Assembly (NCBI GenBank): GCA_963732935.1
Contig: CAVTBK010000001.1
Coordinates: forward strand, 497,624-561,623
Direction: 5' to 3'
Origin: an uncultured Acidobacteriota bacterium
GTDB taxonomy: Bacteria > Acidobacteriota > Vicinamibacteria > Fen-336
DNA length: 64,000 bases
The translations under genes were made by a program, and so were the position numbers. Within the stretch, counting starts at the first letter, position 1. Every line of letters starts with the position of its first letter. The notes under the pieces were generated by a model. The model saw nothing but the letters and a program-made list of their open reading frames with translations, did not search any database and was not told the origin of the DNA. This document shows positions 38,822 to 50,292 of this stretch, in pieces.

Positions 38822-39604
38822 ATGGACCCCGTGAGCCTCAAGGAGCTGCTCGAAGCCGTCAAGGCCGGCCGCGTCTCGCCGGAGCAGGCAGTCGAGCGGC
38901 TGGCGACCCTGCCCTACGAGGACTTGGGGTTCGCCAAGGTCGACCACCATCGGGCCCTCCGCCGCGGCTTTCCCGAGACGGTGTACGGCGAGGGCAAGAC
39001 GGCCGAACAGATCGAAGCGATCGTCGGGCGGATCGCGGCACGGGGCCAGCGCGCCCTCGTCACACGGACGACCGCCGAGATCGCGCAGCGTCTTGCCGCG
39101 TCGCGTCCAGACGTCCGCTTCCACGAGGCGGCCCGTTGCCTGACCGTCGATGCGGGGCAAAGGCCCGAGCTCCCCGGCTCGATCGCCATCGTCGCGGCGG
39201 GGACCTCCGATCTGCCGGTCGCCGAGGAGGCGGCCGTCGTCGCGGAGTTCCACGGCGCGCGAATCGAGCGCATCTACGACGTGGGCGTCGCGGGCCTCCA
39301 CCGGCTGTTGGACCGGACCGATTCGATCCGGCGCGCTGACGTGGTGATCGTGGTGGCCGGAATGGAGGGCGCGCTGCCCTCCGTCGTCGCCGGCCTGGTC
39401 GACGCACCGGTCGTCGCGGTCCCGACCAGTGTCGGCTACGGGGCTTCTTTCCATGGACTTGCCGCCCTGCTCGCGATGCTGAGCTCGTGCGCCTCCGGCG
39501 TGGGTGTCGTCAATATCGACAACGGGTTCGGCGCCGCCCACCTCGCCTGCCTGATCCTCAGGGGGCGATCGGGCGCTGGCGGACGTCCGACCCTCAAGGA
39601 CTGA
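38822..39604 (+). CDS. larB: LarB-like / PurE-like protein (nickel-pincer cofactor pyridinium-3,5-biscarboxylic acid mononucleotide synthase homolog)
   Basis: N-terminal helical domain plus PurE-like fold (AIVAAGTSDLPVAEEA, VVAGMEGALPSVVAGL). Confidence 0.7.
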   Translation: MDPVSLKELLEAVKAGRVSPEQAVERLATLPYEDLGFAKVDHHRALRRGFPETVYGEGKTAEQIEAIVGRIAARGQRALVTRTTAEIAQRLAASRPDVRFHEAARCLTVDAGQRPELPGSIAIVAAGTSDLPVAEEAAVVAEFHGARIERIYDVGVAGLHRLLDRTDSIRRADVVIVVAGMEGALPSVVAGLVDAPVVAVPTSVGYGASFHGLAALLAMLSSCASGVGVVNIDNGFGAAHLACLILRGRSGAGGRPTLKD

Positions 39605-39790
39605 TCGAGACCACAGCCCCCGGCCGGGCGGGCCGGAAGCACATCTGCCTTGACAAAAGGGTTGATTCTTCTGATCTTTTAAGGGACTGTCCCGCCGTGT
39701 CCCACCCAAGCAACGCGCGGAAGGGCCTCGGCTGTGCGCGGAGAAGACCCCTGAAGGGGCAGATCGGAGCCGGCGGGAGAAGCAGAAAAG

Positions 39791-42241
39791 GTGGCCGGGG
39801 CTTGGTGTGTGAACGCTAACTCTTTCAGTGCATTGGAGTTCGATAGGATCCGGGCGCTGCTGCTGCAGCACGCCGGGTCTGCGGAGGGTGCTGCCCGCCT
39901 GACCGCCCTGCACCCCCTGGTGGAGGCGCCCGCCGTGCGTGCCGCCCTGGCGCGGACCACGGAGGCGGTCGCCCTCCTCCGAGCCCTCGGCCGGCAGCCG
40001 TACCATGACCTGCCCGATCCCGCGGAGGCCCTGCTCGTGGCGGGCATGAGGGGAGCGCACCTCGAGCCGCGGGCGCTCGCCGACGTCGCCTCGTTCATCG
40101 AGGGCGGCACGGAGGTCGCGCGGCGCGTCGCGCAGGTGGAGGGCGCGCCGGGGCTCTCCCGGCTCGCCTCCGAGGTGCGGGACACGAGCGAGGTGGCGGC
40201 GGCCGTCCGTCGCGCGCTCCTGCCCTCGGGCGAGGTCGCCGACGACGCGTCGCCGCGCCTCGGAGATCTGCGCCGGACGCTCCTCCGCCTCAAGGCCCAG
40301 CTCACGAGCGTCATGGAAGGCTACCTGCGCAGCCGCGACGCCGAGCGGCTTCTGCAGGACCGGATCATCACCACCCGCAACGACCGCTACGTGCTGCTGC
40401 TGAAGGCCGAGCAGAAGGGCCAGCTCCCGGGGATCGTCCACGGCAGCTCCGGCTCGGGCGCCAGCTTCTTCCTCGAGCCGCTGCCGGCCGTCGAGCTCAA
40501 CAACGACATCGTGTCGCTCCAGGACGAGGAGCGCGCCGAGGTGCGACGCATCCTCGAGGCGCTGACCTCGCGGGTTGGCGAGCGCGCCGACGACGTCGCG
40601 CATCTCTCCTCGGTGATGGGCGAGTTGGACGCGGCGCAGGCGATGGCGCTGCTCGCGGTCGAGATGGACGCCCATCCCCCCGAGATCGTCGCCGAGCGCG
40701 ACGGGATCGAGCTGCTCGACTCGCGCCATCCGCTGCTGATGCCGAAGGTCGCGGAGCGACTCGGCATCCACCGCGCCAAGGAGCCGGTGCCCGTCAGCCT
40801 GCGCGTGGGCGGCGAGACACCCGTGCTGGTGATCAGCGGCCCGAACACCGGCGGCAAGACGGTCGCCCTCAAGACGGTGGGTCTGTTCGCCCTCATGGCG
40901 CAGTGCGGGCTCCACGTCCCCGCCGCCCCCGGCAGCCGGCTGCCGGTGTTCCGGCGCGTCTACGCCGACATCGGCGACGAGCAGTCGATCGCGGAGAACC
41001 TCTCGACCTTCTCCTCGCACCTCGGCACGGTCGTGGAGATGACGCGGGACCTGACCAGGCCCACCCTGGTGCTGCTCGACGAGGTCGGCGCCGGGACCGA
41101 CCCGACCGAGGGCGGTGCGCTCGGCGTCGCGATCGTCGAGCACTTCCGCGCCCAGGGCGCGATGGTGATCGCGACCACTCACCACGGCCTCATGAAGGCC
41201 TACGCCCTCTCGACGCCGGGTGTCGCCTGCGCGTCTTTCGGCTACCGGCCCGAGAGCTACGAGCCGACCTTCCGGCTGACGCTCGGCGCCCCGGGCCGCA
41301 GCCTCGCCCTCGAGATGGCGGAGCGTCTCGGGTTGCCGGCCTCGATCGTTACCGACGCGCGGGCGCGTCGGGACGACAAGGAGCGGCAGGCCGAGGCGCT
41401 GCTCGAGCGGCTGGAGCGGGAGAAGGCCGAGATCGAGCGCGAGCGGCAGCTGGTCGACACGATCAAGAACGAGGCCGAATGCGCGCGGGCGCGGGCGCTG
41501 GTCGTGGAACGCGAGATTCAGGCGCGCAAGCGCAAGGAGATCGAGGTGTTCGCCCGCGACCTCAGGCGCCGCGTCGAGGAGGCGGAGCGCAGGGCGGCCG
41601 AGCTGATCGGCGAGGCCGTCGCGAAGGTCGAGGCCGCCCAGAAGGCGGCGGCCCTGGCACCGCGGGCGCGCACCGAGGCGCTGCGGACGATCCGGGCGGC
41701 TCGTGACGAGCTACTGCGCGATCCCGAGCTCGCGATCCCGGAGGAGCGGGCGGAGCCGACGGCCCCGCTGGTGGTGGGGGGCCGCGTGCGCGTCACGGCC
41801 ATGGGCGTCACGGGCGAGCTGCTGGCGCTCAAGGGCGAGGTCGCCGAGGTCGCCGTCGCCGGCAAACGTCTGCGCGTGCCCCGGGAGGAGCTGGTCGGCG
41901 GTTTCTCTTCCGACGCGGCCCGCGGACGCGGTCCGACCCGGGCAGCCGCTCCTTCCGCGAGCCCGACCGGCGGTGTGAGCCGTCCTGCCAAGGTCGTTCC
42001 CGCCGAGGTCAACCTGATCGGCCTCACGGTCGACGAGGCGCGCGAGCGGGTCGACAAGCTGCTGGACGACGCCGCGCTCTCCGACCGCCGCGAGATCCGG
42101 GTCATCCATGGCTTCGGCGCCGGGAAGCTCCGCAAGGCGGTCGCCCAGATGCTCGGGGGGCACCCTCTGGTCGCGTCGTGGCGGATGGGCGCGCCGAGCG
42201 AGGGCGGGGGCGGGGCGACCATCGTGGAGCTGAAGGAATAG
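39791..42241 (+). CDS. mutS2: Endonuclease MutS2 (MutS domain plus C-terminal Smr)
   Basis: ISGPNTGGKTVALKTVG Walker A, DEVGAGTDP. C-terminal Smr (VNLIGLTVDEA...IRVIHGFGAGKLR). Alternative GTG start at 39809. Confidence 0.85.
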   Translation: MAGAWCVNANSFSALEFDRIRALLLQHAGSAEGAARLTALHPLVEAPAVRAALARTTEAVALLRALGRQPYHDLPDPAEALLVAGMRGAHLEPRALADVASFIEGGTEVARRVAQVEGAPGLSRLASEVRDTSEVAAAVRRALLPSGEVADDASPRLGDLRRTLLRLKAQLTSVMEGYLRSRDAERLLQDRIITTRNDRYVLLLKAEQKGQLPGIVHGSSGSGASFFLEPLPAVELNNDIVSLQDEERAEVRRILEALTSRVGERADDVAHLSSVMGELDAAQAMALLAVEMDAHPPEIVAERDGIELLDSRHPLLMPKVAERLGIHRAKEPVPVSLRVGGETPVLVISGPNTGGKTVALKTVGLFALMAQCGLHVPAAPGSRLPVFRRVYADIGDEQSIAENLSTFSSHLGTVVEMTRDLTRPTLVLLDEVGAGTDPTEGGALGVAIVEHFRAQGAMVIATTHHGLMKAYALSTPGVACASFGYRPESYEPTFRLTLGAPGRSLALEMAERLGLPASIVTDARARRDDKERQAEALLERLEREKAEIERERQLVDTIKNEAECARARALVVEREIQARKRKEIEVFARDLRRRVEEAERRAAELIGEAVAKVEAAQKAAALAPRARTEALRTIRAARDELLRDPELAIPEERAEPTAPLVVGGRVRVTAMGVTGELLALKGEVAEVAVAGKRLRVPREELVGGFSSDAARGRGPTRAAAPSASPTGGVSRPAKVVPAEVNLIGLTVDEARERVDKLLDDAALSDRREIRVIHGFGAGKLRKAVAQMLGGHPLVASWRMGAPSEGGGGATIVELKE

Positions 42242-42244
42242 GCG

Positions 42245-44011
42245 ATGGCCTTCCCGGAGAGCTTCGTCGAGGAGGTGCGCCGCACGGCGGACATCGTGCG
42301 GGTGATCTCCGAGCAGGTCGCGCTCAAGCGGCTCGGGACCTCCTGGAAGGGGTTGTGTCCGTTCCACCAGGAGAAGACCCCTTCCTTCAACGTCCGGCCG
42401 GAGCCTCCGGTCTTCCACTGCTTCGGCTGCGGAGAGGGCGGCGACGTCTTCAAGTTCGTGATGCTGCGCGAGCGGGTGAGCTTCCCGGAGGCGGTCGAGA
42501 TGCTCGCCCGACGCTACGGCGTGCCCGTGCCCGAAGGGCGCTTCGAGGTGGGCCCCGACCGCAAGGAGCGCGACGCGATGCTCGCGCTCATGGAGGCGGC
42601 GGCGCAGCACTTCACCCGGAGCTTCTGGGCCGCCCCGGGGACGAAGGCGCGCGAGTACCTGCTGGGGCGGGGCTTCCAGAAGACGACCCTGGAGCGGATC
42701 CGAGCCGGCGCGGCGCGTGACGCCTGGGACGATCTGCTGGGCGCGCTGCGCGCGAAGTTCCCGCCGCCTCTGCTCGCCAAGGCCGGGCTGGTGGTCGAGC
42801 GGCAGGGGAAGGAGGGTCACTACGACCGCTTCCGCAGCCGCGCGGTGTTCCCGATCCTCAACGAGTCCGGACAGGTGGTGGCCTTCGGCGCTCGCTCGCT
42901 CGACGGCAGCGAGCCCAAGTACCTGAACTCGCCCGAGACGCCCGTCTACTCGAAGAGCCGCGTCCTCTACGGGCTCTCCTGGGCGCGCGAGACGATCGTG
43001 CAGGAGAAGCGGGCGGTGCTGATGGAAGGCTACCTCGACGTCGCGCGCACGATCGAGCACGGTCTCACCGGCGCCGTCGCCACCTGTGGCACCGCGCTCA
43101 CCAGCCAGCACGCGCGGCTCCTGCGCCGCTTCGCCGAGACGGTGGTGCTCAACTTCGACCAGGACGCCGCCGGCCAGAAGGCGGCGCGCAAGAGCCTGGA
43201 GATCCTGCTCGAGGAAGGCCTGCGGGTCCGCATCGTGGAGCTTCCCGAGGGGCACGACCCCGACACGTATCTCAAGGCCGAGGGGGCGGACCGCTACCGC
43301 GAGCGGCTCGAGGAGGCCCCCGAGGCCGCCGAGTGGCTGATGCGCCGGGCCGCGGAGACCCACGACCTCGGCTCGCCCTCGGGAAAGGCCGGGTTCTTCG
43401 CGGAGGTCCTGCCGGCGCTCGTGCGCACGGGCAACGCGGTCGAGCGCTCGGCCTGGCTCGCGCGGGTCGTGGAGCGGGGCGCCCTCGATCCGGGCGCCGC
43501 CCGCGAAGAGCTGCGGCGCGCGCTCAGCGGGCGCGCGAGGACGGACTCGCCCGTCGCCGAGGCGGCGGCCCGCCAGGCGCGGGCGGCCTCTCCGCGGGCT
43601 TCGGCCCTCCTGCCCGCGGAGAGGCTGCTGCTCGCGCTCGTGACCCAGGGCGCGGCCGGGATCGAAGCCGCCCTCGACACGCTCGAGGAAACGGACCTCG
43701 CCGGGCTGCGCGGAGGCGGGCTCCTGCGGGCGGCGCAGACGGTCGCCCGCCGCGAGCAGCGCCTGACGCTGGCGACGCTCGAGGACGAGCTCGAGGACGA
43801 GTCCGAACGGCGGCTGCTCTCGGAGATCGCCGTCGCGGGGGCGCCCAGCGAGGGTCTCACCCCCCAGGACTGCGTGCGCGAGCTGCGCACGCGCCCGATC
43901 GCGGCGCGCATGGAAGAAGTGCAGAGGCGGATCGGTATGGCGAGCGGGGAGGCGCTGGATGCGCTCCTCGTCGAAAAGGGCTCGCTCAAGAAGCGAATGG
44001 CGGAGCTCTAA
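42245..44011 (+). CDS. dnaG: DNA primase
   Basis: Zinc finger CPFHQEKTPSF..HCFGCGEGGD. TOPRIM EGYLDV. 3 nt after mutS2 stop. Confidence 0.9.
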   Translation: MAFPESFVEEVRRTADIVRVISEQVALKRLGTSWKGLCPFHQEKTPSFNVRPEPPVFHCFGCGEGGDVFKFVMLRERVSFPEAVEMLARRYGVPVPEGRFEVGPDRKERDAMLALMEAAAQHFTRSFWAAPGTKAREYLLGRGFQKTTLERIRAGAARDAWDDLLGALRAKFPPPLLAKAGLVVERQGKEGHYDRFRSRAVFPILNESGQVVAFGARSLDGSEPKYLNSPETPVYSKSRVLYGLSWARETIVQEKRAVLMEGYLDVARTIEHGLTGAVATCGTALTSQHARLLRRFAETVVLNFDQDAAGQKAARKSLEILLEEGLRVRIVELPEGHDPDTYLKAEGADRYRERLEEAPEAAEWLMRRAAETHDLGSPSGKAGFFAEVLPALVRTGNAVERSAWLARVVERGALDPGAAREELRRALSGRARTDSPVAEAAARQARAASPRASALLPAERLLLALVTQGAAGIEAALDTLEETDLAGLRGGGLLRAAQTVARREQRLTLATLEDELEDESERRLLSEIAVAGAPSEGLTPQDCVRELRTRPIAARMEEVQRRIGMASGEALDALLVEKGSLKKRMAEL

Positions 44012-44053
44012 GGCAAGGCATCGGGCAGGAAGCAAGGGGCAGGCGGAACGGCA

Positions 44054-45721
<1,668 letters not shown>

Positions 45722-45825
45722 CATCGGCCCGAGATCGCGTCGGCCCGCGCTGGCGGCACGGGCGGCGACATCCTCTGCGTCACGGCTCCGCCAAGGACCG
45801 CCGCGGTTCTGCTACGCTTCCCGGC

Positions 45826-45899
45826 GGGCCTGTAGTTCAGATGGTTAGAACGGCCGGCTCATAACCGGCTAGTCGAAGGTTCGAGTCCTTCCAGGCCCA
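45826..45899 (+). tRNA. tRNA-Met (anticodon CAT), elongator-type (G1-C72 paired; could alternatively be tRNA-Ile2 if lysidinylated)
   Basis: GGGCCTG acceptor; D-arm GTTC/GAAC; anticodon stem GCCGG/CCGGC with loop CTCATAA; T-arm GAAGG TTCGAGT CCTTC; discriminator A; CCA not encoded. Confidence 0.8.
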
Positions 45900-45959
45900 T
45901 TCCACGCGCCCGGTACCCGAGAGCGGCCGGCATCAGCGCCCGGGCGCCCGGGCCGGCGC

Positions 45960-48152
45960 TCAGCGCCCGGCGGGTGGCGGGGAGGCGCTCTCCCCGCTCG
46001 GAAGACCCGCGGCGATCGCCTTGCCGAGGAGAGCCCGGAGGCGCTCGAGCCGCTGCGGGGGCAGGGCCCGGGCGCCGCGAGCGAGGAGATCCACGACGGC
46101 GCGCTCGTCGGCGGCGAAGACGGCGCCGCTCGTGCGCGCGCGCTCGTAGCCGCGGACGTCGTCGCGCTCGATCGGGTTGAGCCCCCGGACGAGCTCCTCC
46201 CGCAGCGCATCCAGCTCGAGAGCCTCTTCGCGAGTGAGCGCCCTCCGGCCGCGGTCGGCGGCGTCTCCCGCCGCCTGGAAGACGTGGATCAGGTCGGGGG
46301 TCTCGTCGGAGCTGCGCGAGAGGACGAGCTGGATCGTCGCGGACGAGAGCTGCGGCAGCTGCTCGGCGCCTTCCTCCAGCAACCGCTGTCGCGCCTGGCC
46401 GATCCGCTCCGAGCGCACCTGCCGGTCGATGCGAGTGAGGGCCGCCTGCCCGACTTCGCCCGCTTTCGGGAACCAGCTGCGCCAGGTCATGGCGGCGAGA
46501 GCGCCGCCGCCCACGAGGAGCGCAAGCAGGACGACGCGCTTCGTCCAGAGCCAGGCCACGGAGACGAACGCCCGGAACCCTGGCCCCGCCTCGCCGTCGT
46601 CGCCGTCGTAGACCTCGCCCCACGTCTCCGGCTCAGGGACCTCGGCCAGACGGAGCGTGGGCAGCTCGCCGAGGGCGGGCGGCGGCTTCAGGGCCGGGGG
46701 CGCCGGCAGGAGCGGCAGGAGCGGACGGGGCTGCGGGGCGGGCGGGCGCGGCTCGACGGCGGGCGTCACGGGAAGGAGCGGCTTTGCTTCGGGCACTCGG
46801 GCCGGCTTGCGCGGAGCCGGAGCGATGCTGGCCAGCAGCTCACCGAGCGAGCGGGGTTCGTCGACGGGCGGAGGCCCCTCGCTCGCCGCCGCGGCCGCGA
46901 TGCGCTGCGCTTCCTCTCGCCGCTTCGCTGCCTCGCGCCGAAGGGCGGCACGCCGCAGCCGTTGCTGCCGTTCGAAGCGGACCAGCGCATTCAGGAGGCG
47001 GCTCAGGAAGCCCCCGAAGGTCGCGAGGGCCTGGAAGAAGGCGACGTCCGCGGGGTCCCTGAGGGTCGAGAGCTCCTCCGCGCCGTCCGGATAGTCCGCG
47101 TCTTCCGGGGCGCGCGGGGTCGAGAGCGCGCCACCCTGCCAGACCGTCTCACGGTCCCGTTGCGCGTCCGCCTCGAGGGGCTTCAGCGGGATGACCGGGA
47201 AATCCTCTTCGTAGGCCTCCGTCGGTGCTCGATCAGGGGAGGCAAGGGGATCGGCGGCGACCACGAGGTTCGGTGTCTGCGCGGAGGCCGGGTCCTTCGC
47301 GAGGGGGACGACCTTCGTGAGCGGCTCCTCCTCGAGGGGCACCAGCGGGATCGGCGGTGCGCTGTCATCCGGTCGCGTCGTGGGACGCGGAACGGGCTTC
47401 CATGCGGGCGCCGTTGGCTCGGGCGTGCGTGCCTCGCGTTTGCGACGTGGCGCGGGCTTGGGCGGACGCTCGGCGGCGGGTTCGGCGGCCAGCACCTCCA
47501 CCTGCGCGATCACGCGGCGCTCGACGATGACGGAGGGTGGAGCCACGGCCGGGGGCTCGACGGGGGCCGGGGGCTCGACGCCTGTGGAGACTGTGGATGG
47601 CGCCGGGGCAGAAGGCGGCGGTGTTGGTGGCGACGGCGTCCACGGCGGGCTCGAAGGCGGTGGGGGCGGCGGTGGCGGCGTCGGCGGTGGCGGCGTCGGC
47701 GGTGGCGGCGTCCAGTGCGGCGGGCTCGCGAGTGGCGTGCGCACGGGTGGCGGTGGCTCTGGCCGTGGCTCTGGCGGCGTCGGGGGCGGTGGCGTCGGAG
47801 GCTCGGCCATCGGAGGGCGCGCGCTGGGTGTCACGGGTGGCGGTGTCGGTGGCGGCGGGGTTGGCGTTGGCGCTTCGTCGCGCTCGCGCACCGGCTCTCC
47901 CTTGGGCGGCGGCGGGATGAGCGGAAGCTCCGCGCGTGTTCTCGCCGTCCGCCGAGGCGTCGCGCGCCGCTCCGCCGCCCGCTCCGCCACCTGCTCCGCC
48001 GCCAGGAACTCCCTCAGCGGAACCCGGAGCCTCGAGCCCTCGGGCTGCACCATCGCCTTGCGGTCCACGAGCCAGGTGCTCAGGCTGTCGTGGTCCACGA
48101 GAAGGATCGTGCCGTCGCCGAGATGCAGTTGGTAGCGCTGGGACAATGCCAA
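45960..48152 (-). CDS. Proline-rich repeat protein with single TM, unknown function
   Basis: 730 aa. Structured N-terminus, long PPPPTPPP tracts, TM WLWTKRVVLLALLVGGGALAAM, C-terminal helical domain. Confidence 0.6.
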   Translation of the reverse strand: MALSQRYQLHLGDGTILLVDHDSLSTWLVDRKAMVQPEGSRLRVPLREFLAAEQVAERAAERRATPRRTARTRAELPLIPPPPKGEPVRERDEAPTPTPPPPTPPPVTPSARPPMAEPPTPPPPTPPEPRPEPPPPVRTPLASPPHWTPPPPTPPPPTPPPPPPPPSSPPWTPSPPTPPPSAPAPSTVSTGVEPPAPVEPPAVAPPSVIVERRVIAQVEVLAAEPAAERPPKPAPRRKREARTPEPTAPAWKPVPRPTTRPDDSAPPIPLVPLEEEPLTKVVPLAKDPASAQTPNLVVAADPLASPDRAPTEAYEEDFPVIPLKPLEADAQRDRETVWQGGALSTPRAPEDADYPDGAEELSTLRDPADVAFFQALATFGGFLSRLLNALVRFERQQRLRRAALRREAAKRREEAQRIAAAAASEGPPPVDEPRSLGELLASIAPAPRKPARVPEAKPLLPVTPAVEPRPPAPQPRPLLPLLPAPPALKPPPALGELPTLRLAEVPEPETWGEVYDGDDGEAGPGFRAFVSVAWLWTKRVVLLALLVGGGALAAMTWRSWFPKAGEVGQAALTRIDRQVRSERIGQARQRLLEEGAEQLPQLSSATIQLVLSRSSDETPDLIHVFQAAGDAADRGRRALTREEALELDALREELVRGLNPIERDDVRGYERARTSGAVFAADERAVVDLLARGARALPPQRLERLRALLGKAIAAGLPSGESASPPPAGR
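47665..47709. repeat. 15-bp tandem repeat x3 inside the Pro-rich gene
   Basis: ggcggcggtggcggc / gtcggcggtggcggc / gtcggcggtggcggc; encodes PPTPP repeats on the minus strand. Confidence 0.7.
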
Positions 48153-48390
48153 CCTCCTACGGATCCCTCGTTGACATCGTCCGCGGTGTGCCGAACACGG
48201 ACACTACCGCCGAGGGGCACGAACGTCAATGCCTTCGCTCGCCTCGCCTGGCTCCCCGAGACGGGAGGCCGGCAGCAGGTTCGAGGCCCGAGCCACGGCC
48301 GCGTGGAACGCCGCCGGCGCCCGCCTCCGGGCGGCCGGGGCGGCGGGTGCTAGAATGCGGGTCGATGAGACCTTCGGCAGTGCCGTCCGC

Positions 48391-49119
48391 ATGAACGCCG
48401 ACCTCGAGAAGCTCGTCCGCCTCCACCGTGTCGAGAGCGAGCTCAACCACTTCGAGAGCGAGCTCGGCCAGATCCCCGTCCAGCGCCAGGAGCTCGAGGC
48501 CCGCATCGCGCGCGACCGCTCGCGGCTCGACGACGCGAAGGCGGCGCTCGACACCTCGATCAAGGCCCGCAAACAGCACGAGTCGTCCGTGCAGGACCTC
48601 GAGGGCAAGCGCTCGAAGTACAAAGGCCAGCTGATGGAGGTCAAGACCAACAAGGAATACACGGCGATGCTCCACGAGATCGAGGGCGTCGAGCGGGAGA
48701 TCCGCGCCCGCGAGGACCAGGTGCTCGAGGAGATGGAGAAGGCCGAGGCGATGGCCCAGGACGTGAAGCGCGAGGAGGCGGCCTACAAGCTGGTCGAGCA
48801 GACGGGGAAGAGCGAGGCGGCCGGGCTCTCCGCGAGGGAGAAGCAGCTCTCGGAACGAGTCGCGGTTCTGCGCCAGGAGCGCCAGCAGGTCGCTGCCTCG
48901 GTGCCGGAGGAGGCGCTCGCCCTCTACGAGCGGGTCGCCAAGCGCCGGCACACGGCCGTCGCGGAGGCGCGCGACGGCGTCTGCCAGACCTGCCACGTGA
49001 AGCTGCGCCCGCAGGTCTGGGTGGAGGTCCGGAAGAACGACACCCTCTATCAGTGCGAGTCGTGCAACCGCGTGCTCTTCTACGAGACGCCCGCGCCCAC
49101 GGTCGTCGCCGAGCCGTGA
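48391..49119 (+). CDS. COG1579-type coiled-coil protein with C-terminal C4 zinc ribbon
   Basis: Coiled-coil body ending CQTCHVKL...YQCESCNRVLF. Start alternatives 48355 or 48391. Confidence 0.7.
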   Translation: MNADLEKLVRLHRVESELNHFESELGQIPVQRQELEARIARDRSRLDDAKAALDTSIKARKQHESSVQDLEGKRSKYKGQLMEVKTNKEYTAMLHEIEGVEREIRAREDQVLEEMEKAEAMAQDVKREEAAYKLVEQTGKSEAAGLSAREKQLSERVAVLRQERQQVAASVPEEALALYERVAKRRHTAVAEARDGVCQTCHVKLRPQVWVEVRKNDTLYQCESCNRVLFYETPAPTVVAEP

Positions 49120-49568
49120 GCGACGCGGCCGCGCTGCGCCTCCACGTGGACGGCGCCAGCCGGGGCAACCCGGGCGAGGCGGGCTTCGGGATCCAGGTGA
49201 CGACCGTCGACGGGCAGCCGGTCGCGGCCCTCTACGGCTACCTGGGACACGCCACCAACAACGTCGCCGAGTACCAGGCCCTGCTCCACGCGCTGCGCTT
49301 CGCGCTCGACCGCGGCGCGCGGGAGGTCGAGGTCTTCTCGGACTCGGAGCTGCTGGTCCGCCAGCTCGGGGGCCGCTACCGCGTCAAGAACCCCGGCCTG
49401 CAGCCGCTCTTCCGCGAGGCGAACGGCCTGCTGGCGCGCTTCGCCCGCTCGCGGGTCGCGCACGTGCCCCGCGAACGCAATCGCGAGGCGGACGCGCTGG
49501 CCAACCGGGCCGTGGACGAGCGCGGCTGCAGCCCCGGCCTCAATCCGCCGCGAACCCCACGAAGCTGA
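49116..49568 (+). CDS. rnhA: RNase H (type 1-like)
   Basis: GTGA overlap with upstream stop. HVDGASRGNPG, NNVAEYQALL, SDSELLV, READALAN catalytic motifs. Confidence 0.75.
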   Translation: MSDAAALRLHVDGASRGNPGEAGFGIQVTTVDGQPVAALYGYLGHATNNVAEYQALLHALRFALDRGAREVEVFSDSELLVRQLGGRYRVKNPGLQPLFREANGLLARFARSRVAHVPRERNREADALANRAVDERGCSPGLNPPRTPRS

Positions 49569-50241
49569 TCATCCTTCCCGCGCCCCGACCCTCGCGGCGG
49601 AACGAGTGGTAGCGGTCGCGTTGGCAGAAGGTGCAGGCGTCGACCTGGGACAGGTGGTGAGCGGCGAGCCCCGCCGCCAGCAGCTGCCGCGTGTTGGCGA
49701 GGCGCAGGTCGAGGTGGGGCCGGCCCCTCGGGCCCGGACGGAAGACGTGCTCCGCTTCGGAGCCGAAGGCCGCCCGCAGCTCCTCGCCCACCTCGTAGCA
49801 ACAGGGCCCGATCGCCGGCCCGAGCGCGGCCAGAAGCTCTCCCGCGAGCGAACCGCCCGCCACCAGTGCCTCGATCGTACGCAGGGCGACTCCGGCGGCC
49901 GTCCCGCGCCAGCCCGCGTGCGCGGCGGCGACCGCCCGCCGGCGGGGATCGACGACGAGGATGGGCAGGCAGTCGGCGGTCTCGATCCCCAGGAGCAGCC
50001 CGGGGGCTGCGGCGAGCGAGGCGTCTGCCTCGGGCGTCCCCTCCCAGGGCGCCGTCACCACGCGCGCCCCGTGGACCTGCTTCAGCAGCAGCAGGCGGCC
50101 CGTCGGGGCCAGCGCGAGGGCGGCGCGCGCGCGAGTCTCCTGGCGGCCTTCCGGCGCGGCCGTCGGGGCGCGTTCCCCGAAGCCGTGGACGAGCCCCGGG
50201 ACGGCGGTGAAGGCGGGCAGGGTCGCGAATCCGGGCGGCAC
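49540..50241 (-). CDS. pgeF: PgeF/YfiH family purine-nucleoside phosphorylase / peptidoglycan editing factor (LACC1-like)
   Basis: LKQVHG, ADCLP, HAGWRG, GPCCYEVG, CTFC...YHSFRR. GTG start with GAGG RBS. Confidence 0.75.
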   Translation of the reverse strand: MPPGFATLPAFTAVPGLVHGFGERAPTAAPEGRQETRARAALALAPTGRLLLLKQVHGARVVTAPWEGTPEADASLAAAPGLLLGIETADCLPILVVDPRRRAVAAAHAGWRGTAAGVALRTIEALVAGGSLAGELLAALGPAIGPCCYEVGEELRAAFGSEAEHVFRPGPRGRPHLDLRLANTRQLLAAGLAAHHLSQVDACTFCQRDRYHSFRREGRGAGRMISFVGFAAD

Positions 50242-50276
50242 CCTCGCATGGTAGCAAGCGCGCCCGTGAGACACGG

Positions 50277-50282
50277 TAGACT
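50277..50282 (+). promoter_or_regulatory. -10 box TAGACT 10 nt upstream of ATG 50293 (leaderless-type)
   Basis: Same geometry as 29734 and 13199. Confidence 0.3.
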
Positions 50283-50292
50283 GTTCGGCAGG

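Noticed and set aside
45826-45899. tRNA-associated genomic island
   Set aside because: No integrase, direct repeats or compositional shift flanking the tRNA.
48355-48390. ATG 48355 as COG1579 start (MRVDETF...)
   Set aside because: The ATG lies inside the TGcTAGAATG extended -10 box; the downstream in-frame ATG 48391 (MNADLEKL) fits family N-termini better. Kept as an alternative.
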